IMG/VR virus record: IMGVR_UViG_3300005683_000016
Location: 64,001 to 128,000 of that record
Direction: 5' to 3' (one strand)
Source: a virus
Length of the DNA stretch: 64,000 nt
The translations under genes and the position numbers were made by a program. Positions 49,419 to 60,537 of this stretch are shown here, in pieces; position 1 is the stretch's first letter; each line of letters opens with the position of its first letter. The notes under the pieces are model-generated. The model did not search any database and was not told where the DNA came from. It saw only the letters and a program-made list of their open reading frames with translations.

Positions 49419-50019
49419 ACAAGAGATGGAAACTTCTACTAAATATTACAAGGTAGAGTTTTCTACTGGAGGTAAATCCTTCAAAGGAGTAGTTAAGTTC
49501 TATCCGGGAGATCGTTACTGGATAGGGATATTTCCAGATGGAAACAATTTTATGGTTCGTAAAGAACCTATTAGTCAATTTCTATTGGATCACGGAGAAG
49601 AAACCTACAAAGAAGTTTTCCAGCATCTGTGGGAAAAAGTTAAACTAAATATAGATGGACAAAATCCTAATAGTAATTAACAACGGAGTAGTAACGTCTA
49701 TAATTAAAAATTTTCAACCTGAAGTTGAAGCAATAATTATAGACTTGGATAACCGACAAGTAGGAGAAGAATACATCGAAAGAGTAAATGTTCCTACTAA
49801 TCTTGATCCTTACATCGAAGAATATATTAACTCATTAGAAATTCAAGAAGCATGACACTTACTAATGATTACGATTGGAACGTTTTTGTAACTCAAGTAA
49901 ATAATGATTTACTTAATTATATTCCTTTTAAAACACTTTTACAAATTTTTATCTAATTTTTTTCTAAATTGTTTTATGATAACATATAATTATGTATTTT
50001 TGCAGGAAATATATGATAT

Positions 50020-51012
50020 ATGTCAGAAACAATTTTCAAAGAAAAAGGAGTTTACAAAATAACATTTAGTCACTCTAACAAGTGTTACATAGGTTCTACA
50101 TATTCTTCACAGGGTTTTAAAAAACGATGGGATTGTCACTTACGAGACCTAAAAAGAGGAATCCATCATAATTCTCACTTACAGAATACCTACAACAAAT
50201 ATCCTAATTCTGTTATTATATTTGATGTTGTCGAATCTTTAGATACAGATTGTGAACATATTTTAAAAAGAGAAGAGTACTGGATTGATTATTACGACTC
50301 CGTAAAAAGCGGATATAATTTATCACCTCATGCTGATGATAGTAGAAGAATTTTAGAATTTGTACAAAAGGCTAAAAAGAGATTATTACAATATGATTTA
50401 GATGGAAACTTTATTAAGGAATGGGACTCGGTTACTGAAGCCCATAAATACGGATACATAGTGTCTTTTCGATCAAATCATTCGAAAAAAACAGGTATTT
50501 GTTTTACAAAAAATAGTCAGTGGATGAGATGGAGAAAGAATTATCCTTTAACAATACCTCCGTACGTTAATCCTGCAAATAAAAAAGTATTATGTTATAG
50601 AATTGATGGTTCTTTTTATAAAATTTATGAATCTCTTTCAGAATTTAGTGACGAGTGGAAAATAGATCATGGATTTTTAAGTCATCACATGTTAGGGAAA
50701 TCTCGATATGTACGAGAATTTGTGTTAAAACCGTTTACTGAAGATTACCCTTTATATATAGATCCTGTTTGCAGACAACACCCTTTTCAATTTCCTGTTC
50801 TTTTAGTGGAAAAAGAAACTAATAAACAGTCTTTGTTTTATTCATTAAATGAAGCAGTAAAAGAGAAGTTTAACAGACAGTTAATCTTAAAATCAATTAA
50901 CACTAACAAACCTTTTAAATGTAGAAGTCGAAACAACACGTTATTTTTTGCTCGAAAAATATCTTATCAAGAATACTTAACATTAAAGTATGAAAAAAAT
51001 AAAAAGCATTAG
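50020..51012 (+). CDS. GIY-YIG homing endonuclease
   Basis: KGVYKI...CYIGST, GYNL, QYDLDGNFIKEWDS; TATTTTTG element at 49995-50002. Confidence 0.85.
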   Translation: MSETIFKEKGVYKITFSHSNKCYIGSTYSSQGFKKRWDCHLRDLKRGIHHNSHLQNTYNKYPNSVIIFDVVESLDTDCEHILKREEYWIDYYDSVKSGYNLSPHADDSRRILEFVQKAKKRLLQYDLDGNFIKEWDSVTEAHKYGYIVSFRSNHSKKTGICFTKNSQWMRWRKNYPLTIPPYVNPANKKVLCYRIDGSFYKIYESLSEFSDEWKIDHGFLSHHMLGKSRYVREFVLKPFTEDYPLYIDPVCRQHPFQFPVLLVEKETNKQSLFYSLNEAVKEKFNRQLILKSINTNKPFKCRSRNNTLFFARKISYQEYLTLKYEKNKKH

Positions 51013-51724
51013 TAGATCCGAAGTTTTTTCTATTCCTATTCCAGAAAAAACAGACTCTTATTCTCCAATAGAAAATGGTTTTTTAATTTCAAAAATTATC
51101 GAAGAGTGTAGAAACAGAAATTGTGAAATTGTTAAAGAAGAATATGAAGCAGCATCTGGAGGAATGCAAGTTAAAATGAAATTCTTTATTCAACCCGAAT
51201 TGAATAATAATGGATTTCAAATATCGGTTTTGAATTCATATAACAAAACTATAGCAGCAAGAATGTGTGGTGGAATATTTGCCCATATTTGTTGGAATTT
51301 AAATTATATTGGAGAAATTACTGACTATAGAAAACATACAGGAGATGCTAAAGAGGATGTCCAAAATTTTATTACAAATGTGTTTGATAATCAACGTAAT
51401 AAGTTTATAAACGCACAAACTCTGGAAAACGCAATGAAAGTAGTTCCTCTCTCGAAGAGAGAACAAGCAGAATTAGCAGGTAGGATGTTGATTGATGAAG
51501 AAATAATTGCTATAAATCAATTAAGTCTGATTCAGAAGCAGATTAAATCTCCAGACTTTAAATACGATTTTAATAATGACAGTTTGTGGGGGTTATATAA
51601 CCACACAACTCACGCTATCAAAACAGAGCATCCAATGTTTTACCTACAAACTCAACAAGCCGTTCAAGAATTCTTTGTAGAAACCTACGAAGAAGTAACC
51701 CAAAACAAACTCATTCTTATCTAA
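50990..51724 (+). CDS. DUF932/DUF945-like protein
   Basis: YSPIEN, NSYNKT, C.N, RKHTG, LWGLYNHTT. Confidence 0.7.
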   Translation: MKKIKSISRSEVFSIPIPEKTDSYSPIENGFLISKIIEECRNRNCEIVKEEYEAASGGMQVKMKFFIQPELNNNGFQISVLNSYNKTIAARMCGGIFAHICWNLNYIGEITDYRKHTGDAKEDVQNFITNVFDNQRNKFINAQTLENAMKVVPLSKREQAELAGRMLIDEEIIAINQLSLIQKQIKSPDFKYDFNNDSLWGLYNHTTHAIKTEHPMFYLQTQQAVQEFFVETYEEVTQNKLILI

Positions 51725-53922
51725 TGATTGTAAACATAAATGGAGAAGCAGGGATTTCTAAAGGCACATTTAAAGATATAGATGTGTCTTTAGATATTCA
51801 AAGTCAAGAGAAACTCCTTTATCTATTAAGTCAAGGTCAGTATGAAACTCCTATCCATTCTTCTATTCGAGAAGTACTTGCTAACGCTTTGGACTCTCAT
51901 ATAGAAGCAGGTATTAATTCTTTGGAAAAACCTGTAATAGTTGATCTCGACTATTATAAGTTTTGGGTACAAGACTTTGGTGTGGGGATAGATGATGCTC
52001 GAATGGAGATAATCTCAAAATTCGGAGCATCTACCAAAGAACAATCTGCGGAGCAGTTTGGATGTTGGGGAATCGGATTCTTTACTCCTTTGAGTACTTC
52101 TTTGAGAAAATTTACTTGTGACTCTGCAAAGGATGGAATAAAAAGGTCTTGGTTAATTCAAAAAAACGGGTCTAAAACTCAAATTCTTAAAATCAACGAA
52201 GAACCTTCTGATGAGGAGAATAACACGATTATTACTATTCCTATCAATGATCGTAGAAGTTGGGAAAATGCTTTAGAAGAAACTGTACCTTATTTTAAAG
52301 GAGTATATTATCCTTCTCACTCTAATCTTAACAGTCGAGTTTTATTTGAAGGAAAGAATTTTATTATAGACAGTCATAGTTCCGTTAGAAGGTTTCATAT
52401 CGTATTGGATCAAGTAGTTTACAATATTGACCCCATAGACTTAGAATTACCTAATAACGAATTTCCAATAGGAATTAAGTTTGGACTTAACGAAGGATTG
52501 ATTCCTACTCCTTCAAGAGAAAAGATTATTCTCGATGACAATAGTATTGAGAAAATACGTCAAAGAGTTTCCGATGCTTTAGTAGAGTTGATGGAGTATT
52601 CTGATACTACTTTCAAAGATTATTTGTATTATGTTCACTTTTTTGATAAGAACAACATAACTTTTAAGTTTGGTGAATTTTCTATCAAATTAAGTAGGAA
52701 GATAATTAACTCTTTTTCAAAAACTTTAAATCTGGAATTTAAATCAAATATGGTTTTAAATCCAGTTTTAGATCAATTGAATCAGATAAAACTTGCTAAC
52801 ACTTGGGTTGCTGTCTTTCCTTGTGTAACAAAGTTTAATTCTTATTATCAAAGATTCGAATCAATCAATTATAATTATCACACTCTAACTATTTTCAAAG
52901 AAGTTGTTTTACTTGATATTCCTTTAACTACCAGACATAAGGAATTTTTTAAACAAAGAGGTAAAGAAACTTCTTTCTTAAAACATAATCCTATTACTTC
53001 TTTGAAAGGAAGAAGTTCTTTTTTCTCTTTCTTAGACCTTTCTGTAATTCCTAAAAAAAATTGGCGAGAAATTATTACGGAGTTTCGTAAAGAAGAACAA
53101 AAGATACTTAACAATTGGAAAAAGTTATCTGATTTTAAAGATGAGATGGACGTTTACTTTAGTTCAAAGAAAAAGACTGTCTCTAAAATTACTAATGTCA
53201 GAGAAGAAGTAGTGTTGAGACTTCCAATAGACGAGGCTTCTACTACTTATAACTTTAAGTTGATTCCTACAGGGTTTAAAGTAGATCAAATCCCTAAGGA
53301 CAAACTATATATTTACTCTTCAGACAGGACTGAAATAGATCAACTTCTTGACTTAATGAGAAATAGACCTAACATCAGTCCAACTCAAATAATCGAAAAG
53401 GATATTCCGAAAATCCAACACTTAAGTAATTTTATGGACTTTCAAACTTTTAAAAATGGAAAAACTCGATTTAGTAAAAATTGGGTTACAGCATACATTA
53501 TAAAAAAACAGATCAAAGAAAACAAAGCACTAACTAACGTTTTTGACTACAGTGCAAGTTGGAGAAATCCAGGATTGTGTATTCAAAACTCTACTATTTT
53601 TAAAAGAGGAGAACAATACAAACTAAAGTCTTCTCCTTTGTTAGAGAATATTTCAAATGTTTATAAATTTGTCGACAAGTGGTATAAGTCAGATGTAGAT
53701 GAAACATTTGTCAAATCTGTTGTTGATACTTATATCAGTTTAGGTCTAATCAATAAGCCTGTTTTAGATGAGTTTGAATACATTAAAAGTCAAATTCTAA
53801 AGTACGAAAAAATTTACGCTAAAGTAGACTTTGGCAGAGACATCGTTTATATGTTCGATCAATGGTATATCGCAAACAAGCAAAAAGAATTTTATAAAAA
53901 AAAAGTTAAAAAATGCAAATAA
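51724..53922 (+). CDS. rIIA-like protein with GHKL/HSP90-like ATPase
   Basis: IREVLANALDSH, QDFGVGI, ASTK, GCWGIG. Confidence 0.8.
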   Translation: MIVNINGEAGISKGTFKDIDVSLDIQSQEKLLYLLSQGQYETPIHSSIREVLANALDSHIEAGINSLEKPVIVDLDYYKFWVQDFGVGIDDARMEIISKFGASTKEQSAEQFGCWGIGFFTPLSTSLRKFTCDSAKDGIKRSWLIQKNGSKTQILKINEEPSDEENNTIITIPINDRRSWENALEETVPYFKGVYYPSHSNLNSRVLFEGKNFIIDSHSSVRRFHIVLDQVVYNIDPIDLELPNNEFPIGIKFGLNEGLIPTPSREKIILDDNSIEKIRQRVSDALVELMEYSDTTFKDYLYYVHFFDKNNITFKFGEFSIKLSRKIINSFSKTLNLEFKSNMVLNPVLDQLNQIKLANTWVAVFPCVTKFNSYYQRFESINYNYHTLTIFKEVVLLDIPLTTRHKEFFKQRGKETSFLKHNPITSLKGRSSFFSFLDLSVIPKKNWREIITEFRKEEQKILNNWKKLSDFKDEMDVYFSSKKKTVSKITNVREEVVLRLPIDEASTTYNFKLIPTGFKVDQIPKDKLYIYSSDRTEIDQLLDLMRNRPNISPTQIIEKDIPKIQHLSNFMDFQTFKNGKTRFSKNWVTAYIIKKQIKENKALTNVFDYSASWRNPGLCIQNSTIFKRGEQYKLKSSPLLENISNVYKFVDKWYKSDVDETFVKSVVDTYISLGLINKPVLDEFEYIKSQILKYEKIYAKVDFGRDIVYMFDQWYIANKQKEFYKKKVKKCK

Positions 53923-55085
53923 CATACAGTAACGGTTCAATTTTTATACGCTTTTCAAGTGGAAACACCCTCTTAGCACCTTGTACAAAAGCACTTGCTT
54001 CTGAAATTCTCGCTATAGATGAAAACGAAGTAGAAATAACTGCTCTTTTGTATCCAGACTTTAAAGAGGCTTTTGAAGATTACACAAAGAAGGCTACCGA
54101 AAATCAATTTCTTGAAACTTTAAATCACGAAAGGTTTGAGTTCAAGGAAGGAAAACTTTATCGTAAAGGAATTCCCCTTAGTATTCCTAAAGTTCTTGCT
54201 GATAAAATTCAAGAGGCTATTACTAATAATGACGAGAGAGAACTTTCCAAACTTGAAAAGTTTTGGGGATGGTCTTCCTTGATTCGTCATCCTGAATCTC
54301 GTGAGAGTCTTTTTCCTTTTATTCAGCGTCAGAAAATTCAACTCACTGATGGAGGTGAAATGATTACATACCGTCGTGTTCAGAAAAAAGAAAGCAGTAA
54401 TGTTGAACTGGTAAAGTTTATTACTGATACTTTTTATAAAAAGCGTGCTTCTAAAAAATCTACCAATGTAGATATTTGGGGATGTAGAGACAACAATAAT
54501 TTTAGTATTTCCTCAGACGGGTCTGAACATAACTCGCCTTATTATGTAGGTAATTTAAAAGAACTGTTTCATTCTATTGATACCCTTGACGGAAATAATT
54601 TTACCGACAACTACACTAAGAAAAAAACTTATGTCATAGGACAACCTGTTCCAATTATGAATCCTCAAGATGCTGATTGGAACATTAATGATATTTGTTC
54701 TAAAGGTTATCATTCCTCAGGAACCGCCTTTGCGTATGATGGTTTTGGAGACACTCCTATTGCTTGCATTGTGAACCCTCGACATGTAGTAGCGTGTGTC
54801 GAAAACTCTTACAAGATGAGATCTTTGACATTTACTCCTATTGCAATTCTTAATTCCGATTGTGAATGGCAAGATAATGAAGAAATTCAAAAAATTGTTT
54901 CTGAACATTACCAAACAAGTGTTGAAGAATTAGAAAGAGAACTTCAAAGTGCTACTTTTGAAGAGTGGAACGAAGGGCACACTCTTTTGAACGAGTTGAA
55001 AAAATTAGATATTAAAAGTATGTTCACTAACGTTAAGAACGTAGTAACACCGCCCAACCTTTCTAATAAAGTTATCAAACTTTAA
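53913..55085 (+). CDS. rIIB-like protein
   Basis: Follows rIIA; LFPFI..TDGG, CSKGYH, VNPRHVV. Confidence 0.7.
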   Translation: MQITYSNGSIFIRFSSGNTLLAPCTKALASEILAIDENEVEITALLYPDFKEAFEDYTKKATENQFLETLNHERFEFKEGKLYRKGIPLSIPKVLADKIQEAITNNDERELSKLEKFWGWSSLIRHPESRESLFPFIQRQKIQLTDGGEMITYRRVQKKESSNVELVKFITDTFYKKRASKKSTNVDIWGCRDNNNFSISSDGSEHNSPYYVGNLKELFHSIDTLDGNNFTDNYTKKKTYVIGQPVPIMNPQDADWNINDICSKGYHSSGTAFAYDGFGDTPIACIVNPRHVVACVENSYKMRSLTFTPIAILNSDCEWQDNEEIQKIVSEHYQTSVEELERELQSATFEEWNEGHTLLNELKKLDIKSMFTNVKNVVTPPNLSNKVIKL

Positions 55086-55089
55086 TTTA

Positions 55090-55656
55090 ATGTATAATCA
55101 AATCACGGAGACACTCGAAAGGGTGTCTCCTAATCTTTTTCAAGAAGGAATACAATGGTATTCCAGGGCTAATCAGTTTTGTTTGAATCTCTCTAATGAG
55201 TACAACGTTCCTTTAAGATACGTTACTGGGTTAACTTCTTTATTTTCTCCACTAAAGAGTTGGGAAATAAATAAACATATGGTTAAAGAATATCTTGAAT
55301 GCCAAGAGTGTAAAACTTTTTCTTATCAAAAAAAGAAGTCTGTAAAACTCTGGGCTAATGTAATATCTAACTTGGATGATGAGGAAGCACAAGACCGTTT
55401 CATTATGAAAACACTAAATGGGTTTAAAACAAAATCGTTCTATCACAATATAACCTATCCTTTGACTTCAGATAAAGTTACTTTAGATAGTCACATGTTA
55501 AAACTGGCTCCATATAAACATCTTACTCCAAAAAGATATTTAGATTACGAAAAAACTATTCAACGGATTGCAAAAGAAAGAAATCTTATCCCCAATCAAA
55601 TACAAGCAATTGTCTGGTTAAAACTTAAAGATGGAAATACAACTCAAAGGAAGTAA
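55090..55656 (+). CDS. Phage protein, possible HhH-glycosylase-like fold
   Basis: WY..A, LFSP..SW..N, KTKSFYHNI, VTLDSH, QIQAIVW. Confidence 0.45.
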   Translation: MYNQITETLERVSPNLFQEGIQWYSRANQFCLNLSNEYNVPLRYVTGLTSLFSPLKSWEINKHMVKEYLECQECKTFSYQKKKSVKLWANVISNLDDEEAQDRFIMKTLNGFKTKSFYHNITYPLTSDKVTLDSHMLKLAPYKHLTPKRYLDYEKTIQRIAKERNLIPNQIQAIVWLKLKDGNTTQRK

Positions 55657-56032
55657 ACAAACTTCTGAAGGACAACCGTATGCTAAATTTGATTTAAAAA
55701 AATTAAAAGAATGGTTGTCAGAACTTAAGGATGGTGAGGAGTTAGTAATTAGTGTAGCAGTTAAGCGTTCGTTAAGTCAAAACCGCACATTCCATCAGTG
55801 GTGTTCTATAATTGGAGAATATATGGGGGAGTCCCCTTCTATTGTTAAGCACTATCTTAAGTGTAAATTTTTAGGTTGTATTGAAGAAGAAATAGAGGGA
55901 CACGTTTATCAAATTCCACCAGAGACTTCTAAACTTAATAAAAAACAAATGTCGGACTTTATGCAACAAGTATATATCTTTGCTACCACAGAAATGGAAA
56001 TTAAACTACCTACCAACGATTTATTTAACTAA
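55631..56032 (+). CDS. NinB-like recombination protein
   Basis: KRSLSQN..FH, ETSKLNKKQMSDF. Confidence 0.65.
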   Translation: MEIQLKGSKQTSEGQPYAKFDLKKLKEWLSELKDGEELVISVAVKRSLSQNRTFHQWCSIIGEYMGESPSIVKHYLKCKFLGCIEEEIEGHVYQIPPETSKLNKKQMSDFMQQVYIFATTEMEIKLPTNDLFN

Positions 56033-56043
56033 ACTATATTTTA

Positions 56044-56397
56044 ATGAAATTTTTAAAAACAGTACATCAAGAAGAACGCTTTAAAGCAACCTATTACATT
56101 CCTGTAGAACCGAGCAACATTATGTATTTTACACATATTATTGCTCAAAAAATTGTTCAAGAAGGAGAAGAACAAGTTATCAAGGAAGATGAGTTTGTTA
56201 ATGTTGCTTTTGGAGCAGTAATTGAACAACCTTATCCTGTTAACCTCAAAGCAATGCGTAAGGTTAAACAAACCAAAACAGAAGAATTTTTTATTCTTGA
56301 AGATGTAAAGACTGCTAATCAGCCGATGATGCAGAAGATTGACGACAAGCAAGAAATTGAAGCCTTGTTGGAAAAACTTGAATCTAACTTGTTCTAA
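56044..56397 (+). CDS. Hypothetical protein
   Basis: ORF track. Confidence 0.65.
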   Translation: MKFLKTVHQEERFKATYYIPVEPSNIMYFTHIIAQKIVQEGEEQVIKEDEFVNVAFGAVIEQPYPVNLKAMRKVKQTKTEEFFILEDVKTANQPMMQKIDDKQEIEALLEKLESNLF

Positions 56398-57044
56398 TGC
56401 AGACTCGTCAGAAAAAACCTCCTCAACCTAAAATTTGTCAATGCTGTGGAAAACCGTTTCCAGCACTTTGGCGAACATTCACAATTGACGGAGTTAAAAA
56501 GAAGTGTTGTAAAGTTTGTTCAGACAAGGCTCTTAGATTAAAAGAGAAAGAAAAGAAAGAGAAGGTTAAAGTTAAAAAAAGGATTAAACGAGAACGAATT
56601 ACAGAGAAGAAGTTAGATACTGTCTTTTCTCGATTAGTTCGAAATATTTATCCTTATATGTGTCACTCTACTTTGGTTCCAGTAGAACCAAATGGTTCTC
56701 ACGCTGCACATTTAGTCTCCAGACGTGTAAGATGTGTAAGATTTGACTTACGGAACGTTTTTCCTACTCTTCCTGAAGAGAATATGTACAACAGTCTTCA
56801 TGTTATTCAATTAGCAAAAAGACTCAAAGAATACTATGGAATCGAGATAGACGAGTGGGAAGCAGTAACTAAACAAAGTTCTTGTAAACTCACTGAATAC
56901 GAAAGAAGAGAAATGTACGAAGTATTTAAATCGGGTTTAGATACTACTATGGATCTCAGAAGTAGATATTCAGGAGAAGAATTAAATAAGAGGTTAACCC
57001 AACTACGGTTGGAAATTATAGAAAAAACAAAAAAAGTTATGTAA
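56397..57044 (+). CDS. NinG/Rap-like endonuclease
   Basis: LDTVFSRLVR, HAAHLVSR, RFDLRNV. Confidence 0.65.
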   Translation: MQTRQKKPPQPKICQCCGKPFPALWRTFTIDGVKKKCCKVCSDKALRLKEKEKKEKVKVKKRIKRERITEKKLDTVFSRLVRNIYPYMCHSTLVPVEPNGSHAAHLVSRRVRCVRFDLRNVFPTLPEENMYNSLHVIQLAKRLKEYYGIEIDEWEAVTKQSSCKLTEYERREMYEVFKSGLDTTMDLRSRYSGEELNKRLTQLRLEIIEKTKKVM

Positions 57045-57607
57045 TGCTTACTCCAATAGTATTAATAGCGTTGGTTACAGCAGTAGTTTTCTTTTTTCGA
57101 TTTTACAAAGAAAAATGTTACTGTTATACTACTTCAGGTCTGGTCACAAGAAAGATAAAAGACCATTACACTATAATAATTAATGTTCACGAAGGTCTTT
57201 TCATGGAAGGCTCTGTAAGTAAAGAAGATTTCGATAAAATCCAAGTTGGAAGATTCTATACTTGTGAACTGATTTCTTGTGGAGAAAATGTTACTTTTCA
57301 TCAAATTAAATTGTAATTAATTAAATGAAAATTTTAGATCAAAGCATTGAGAATATAATTTCTGTAAGAGAGCAGGTTTTAGGTGAGTTAATTTCAAAAA
57401 TAGAAAAAAGACCAGCAGAATATTCTGATGCTAAAAATCTAATACTTGAACAAATACAATTAGATATTTTAACATCTACAACACGAGTCTTTTATAAAAA
57501 CATTTATCTTGGAAACATTATTGTTTCATTTGAAACAGCAAATGTTTCTTTTATCCCGTACACAGAATTAGACAATCCACATATAGAATTAAACAGGTTA
57601 ATATAAA

Positions 57608-58075
57608 ATGAATATTCAAAAAGACGTATATAAATGGCTTAAAGTAGCCGGAATTGAGCATCAAGATACTTTTGAACAACAGAAGTTAGGACTTGACCTT
57701 GTTGAGGAAGAAAAAGAAGAATTAGCCAACGCTATACTTTTTGGTGACAAACAAGAAATTCTCGACGCATGTGTTGATTTGTTTTGGGTAGTCACTAACA
57801 ACTTGGTTTTCAATGGAATAACTCTTGAGGAGTTTGAAGAATATGCTCAAAAGGTGAGTTACAGTAACTGGTCTAAATTCTGTATCTCAGAAGAAGATGC
57901 TATTAATACAGTTAAGGCTTATGCTGAAGGTACTCATCCTGACAAACCCGGACATCAAATTGAATGTTATTGGAAACAAGTGGGTAAACTCTACGTTATT
58001 TATCGAACAGAAGATAACAAGATTATGAAATCTATTTTTTACGAAACACCACAACAGGTTAATTACAATGTATAG
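57608..58075 (+). CDS. MazG-like NTP pyrophosphohydrolase
   Basis: LVEEEKEEL, EILDACVDL, SNWSK. Confidence 0.75.
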   Translation: MNIQKDVYKWLKVAGIEHQDTFEQQKLGLDLVEEEKEELANAILFGDKQEILDACVDLFWVVTNNLVFNGITLEEFEEYAQKVSYSNWSKFCISEEDAINTVKAYAEGTHPDKPGHQIECYWKQVGKLYVIYRTEDNKIMKSIFYETPQQVNYNV

Positions 58076-58326
58076 TTATGAAAACAGTTGATCTCTCAGA
58101 CATTTGTTTTACAGATATAGATGTAGAAGATATGGATTCTTTTCGTTTGTATCATGTTGCTTTTGTAAACAGACTCCGCAAAGAGTTTGGTAGTCTTAAT
58201 CAAGAAGTTGTTGATATTATCGACAACATTGAAGACGCTGATGATTACTCGGAGTTTACTTTACAAGTAGATAAACTTGATCTTTATTGTAGGCTTAATC
58301 ACATTCACTTAATTCTTTGCTTTTAA

Positions 58327-58623
58327 ATGGGAGAAAAGGAAATAGAAGGTAAAGTTTCTTACCAAGAAATAGATTGGAGATATATTACTATGATGGCCAA
58401 TCGGATGAATCAAAACAAAGTAAAATATGGTAAGGACAACTATAAACTTCCAATGGATATAGACCTTCTTAAAGATGCTTTGCTGAGACACACTATTGCT
58501 ATTCTACAACCTAAAGCAAACGATGAAGATTCTTTTGAAGATCATCTTGCAGCAATAGGATGTAATGCAATGATTATTAATTATCAAATTAAAAACAATA
58601 AAAATACAGATGATAGTCACTAA
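58327..58623 (+). CDS. dATP/dGTP diphosphohydrolase-like (DUF5664) protein
   Basis: KYGKDNYK, DALLRH, HLAAIGCNA. Confidence 0.7.
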   Translation: MGEKEIEGKVSYQEIDWRYITMMANRMNQNKVKYGKDNYKLPMDIDLLKDALLRHTIAILQPKANDEDSFEDHLAAIGCNAMIINYQIKNNKNTDDSH

Positions 58624-58787
58624 TGTAAACCTTGAGGACAGTAATAACACCGATTTAATGATAGCGTGTGATATAGATCGTAATTTCTATATTTCTATAG
58701 ACGACAGTACGAATTTTTATATTAAACCTTCTGAATGGGATTCTTTTATAGAAAAACTTCAACAAGCAAAAAAACTTTTACAACAAA

Positions 58788-59060
58788 ATGAAAGTAAAGA
58801 TCAATAATCAAGACTATTGGATCACCTTTAACTATAAGGTGAGTGGCCACGAATTGGCTCGTTCTAATTCAGTAATTACAAGGTGTGTAATTGAAACACG
58901 GGGTTTTTCTGAAATCACTTCTGGAGTTGCTGTATGTAATCTTGAACATGACAGGTTTGTTAAAGAAACAGGTCGTAAACTATCTTTAGCAAGAGCACTT
59001 AAGTTCTTTGATAGAGATACTCGTAAACTATTTTGGGACGCTTATCTAAATAGAAAGTGA
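58788..59060 (+). CDS. Small conserved phage protein (Gp49/DUF1876-like motif)
   Basis: GVAVC...DRFVKETGRKLSLARA. Confidence 0.55.
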   Translation: MKVKINNQDYWITFNYKVSGHELARSNSVITRCVIETRGFSEITSGVAVCNLEHDRFVKETGRKLSLARALKFFDRDTRKLFWDAYLNRK

Positions 59061-59323
59061 ACACTATTATAGGAGTTTTGTTAGTTTTCATTGTTCTTGC
59101 TATTCCTTTAGGGTGGTGGGAATACATTCACACAAAATATAAAAACAAATGAGTAATCAAAACAAAGTTTTCGACTTTCTTAAAGAAAATCCTAAGTACG
59201 GTTATCAGGCAAAATATATTGCTAAGAAACTGAAACTATCTCTTCAAGATGTCTACAATTGCAGATATGCAAAAAGTGCTGAAGTTTCTTCCTATAAAGT
59301 AGGAAAATCCGTATATTATATGT

Positions 59324-59899
59324 ATGAAACAAAAACTGATCAATTGGGTAATTAGTGGGTTATTAGGATTCCTTGGATGTCTATGGTTTACAGACAAAGG
59401 ATGTCTTTATGTACCACAAGAGTCTAAAATTATTGATAACACTTGGATTGAACACCACACAGATACTATTTATATACCTGTACCTGTAGAGGTTCCTAAG
59501 CCAAAAACAGTATATCAAACAGTATATAAAGACTCTATACCTAATTGGGTTTTTGATTTCACTATTGATTCCTTGGGAGATACTCTTGTTACTATTCCTT
59601 ATAATATGTACATAGACTCCATAGAAACTTCTGAATATAAATTTACTTATAGTGCAGAAGTTATGGGAGAACTTGTATCTTTGAACCCTGTAATTACTCT
59701 TTATCAAGATAGCACTGCGATTATTCGAGAGGAAAAAGTGTTTATTCCTAAAATTCCTGATTGGGGATTAACTGTCGGAGTTAGTAACAGATTAAACTTT
59801 TATACTGGTGTGAGTTACAAAGGTTGGGGATTAGGAACAGAGTATAATTTTAACAGAATTAATCAATTTTATATTACAAAAACTTTTAAACTAAATTAA
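59324..59899 (+). CDS. Membrane-anchored protein
   Basis: N-terminal TM, TDTIYIP-type segment, C-terminal beta strands. Confidence 0.55.
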   Translation: MKQKLINWVISGLLGFLGCLWFTDKGCLYVPQESKIIDNTWIEHHTDTIYIPVPVEVPKPKTVYQTVYKDSIPNWVFDFTIDSLGDTLVTIPYNMYIDSIETSEYKFTYSAEVMGELVSLNPVITLYQDSTAIIREEKVFIPKIPDWGLTVGVSNRLNFYTGVSYKGWGLGTEYNFNRINQFYITKTFKLN

Positions 59900-59911
59900 A
59901 TTAACTAAAAA

Positions 59912-60259
59912 ATGAAGTACTTTTATCTTTTTATTTTTCTACTCTTTACTTCTACTGTGTTTGCTCAAAGTGGTAAACCTGCTTCAACTCTTAAGTCTAC
60001 TACTTTACCTAAGGATTCTGTAGTATATATGACTCCTTCAGGGTTTGTGTTTGACACCATCCAAATCTATGCGGTTTTGGTAGATTTGAAAGCACCTCTT
60101 GGTGTAAGTTCTTATAACGTTATCAGCAAAAACTGGACTTACGAAGATGGTAAAAAACAACTTGCTGAACAATGGTTGGAAACAGGAGCAGGAGTAAAGA
60201 TTAATGAATGGCGTAAAAAACTGCTTTGGTATATTAACCGAGCAGATTGGAAAGATTAA
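59912..60259 (+). CDS. Secreted hypothetical protein
   Basis: Signal peptide VFA-Q. Confidence 0.6.
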   Translation: MKYFYLFIFLLFTSTVFAQSGKPASTLKSTTLPKDSVVYMTPSGFVFDTIQIYAVLVDLKAPLGVSSYNVISKNWTYEDGKKQLAEQWLETGAGVKINEWRKKLLWYINRADWKD

Positions 60260-60537
60260 TTCCATTGTCGAAGATGTGATTAGATACGCCCCTACCGATG
60301 CAATATTGGTAGGGGTTAATTTTTTTTTTTTTAGATCCTGTTCAATAGACATTAAAATGAAAAAAGACCTTGGATATTATCTTATAATATGGAGTTATCA
60401 ATTTGGAGTACTCGCTTTGTTTTTCTTGGTAACCACTTTGTTTGGAGATTTATATAAACCAGAAGCAGTATTCTGTAGTAGTGTTTCAGTTGTTTGCTAT
60501 GCAGCAACAGAAATCTTCATCTACTTTAAAGATAGAA

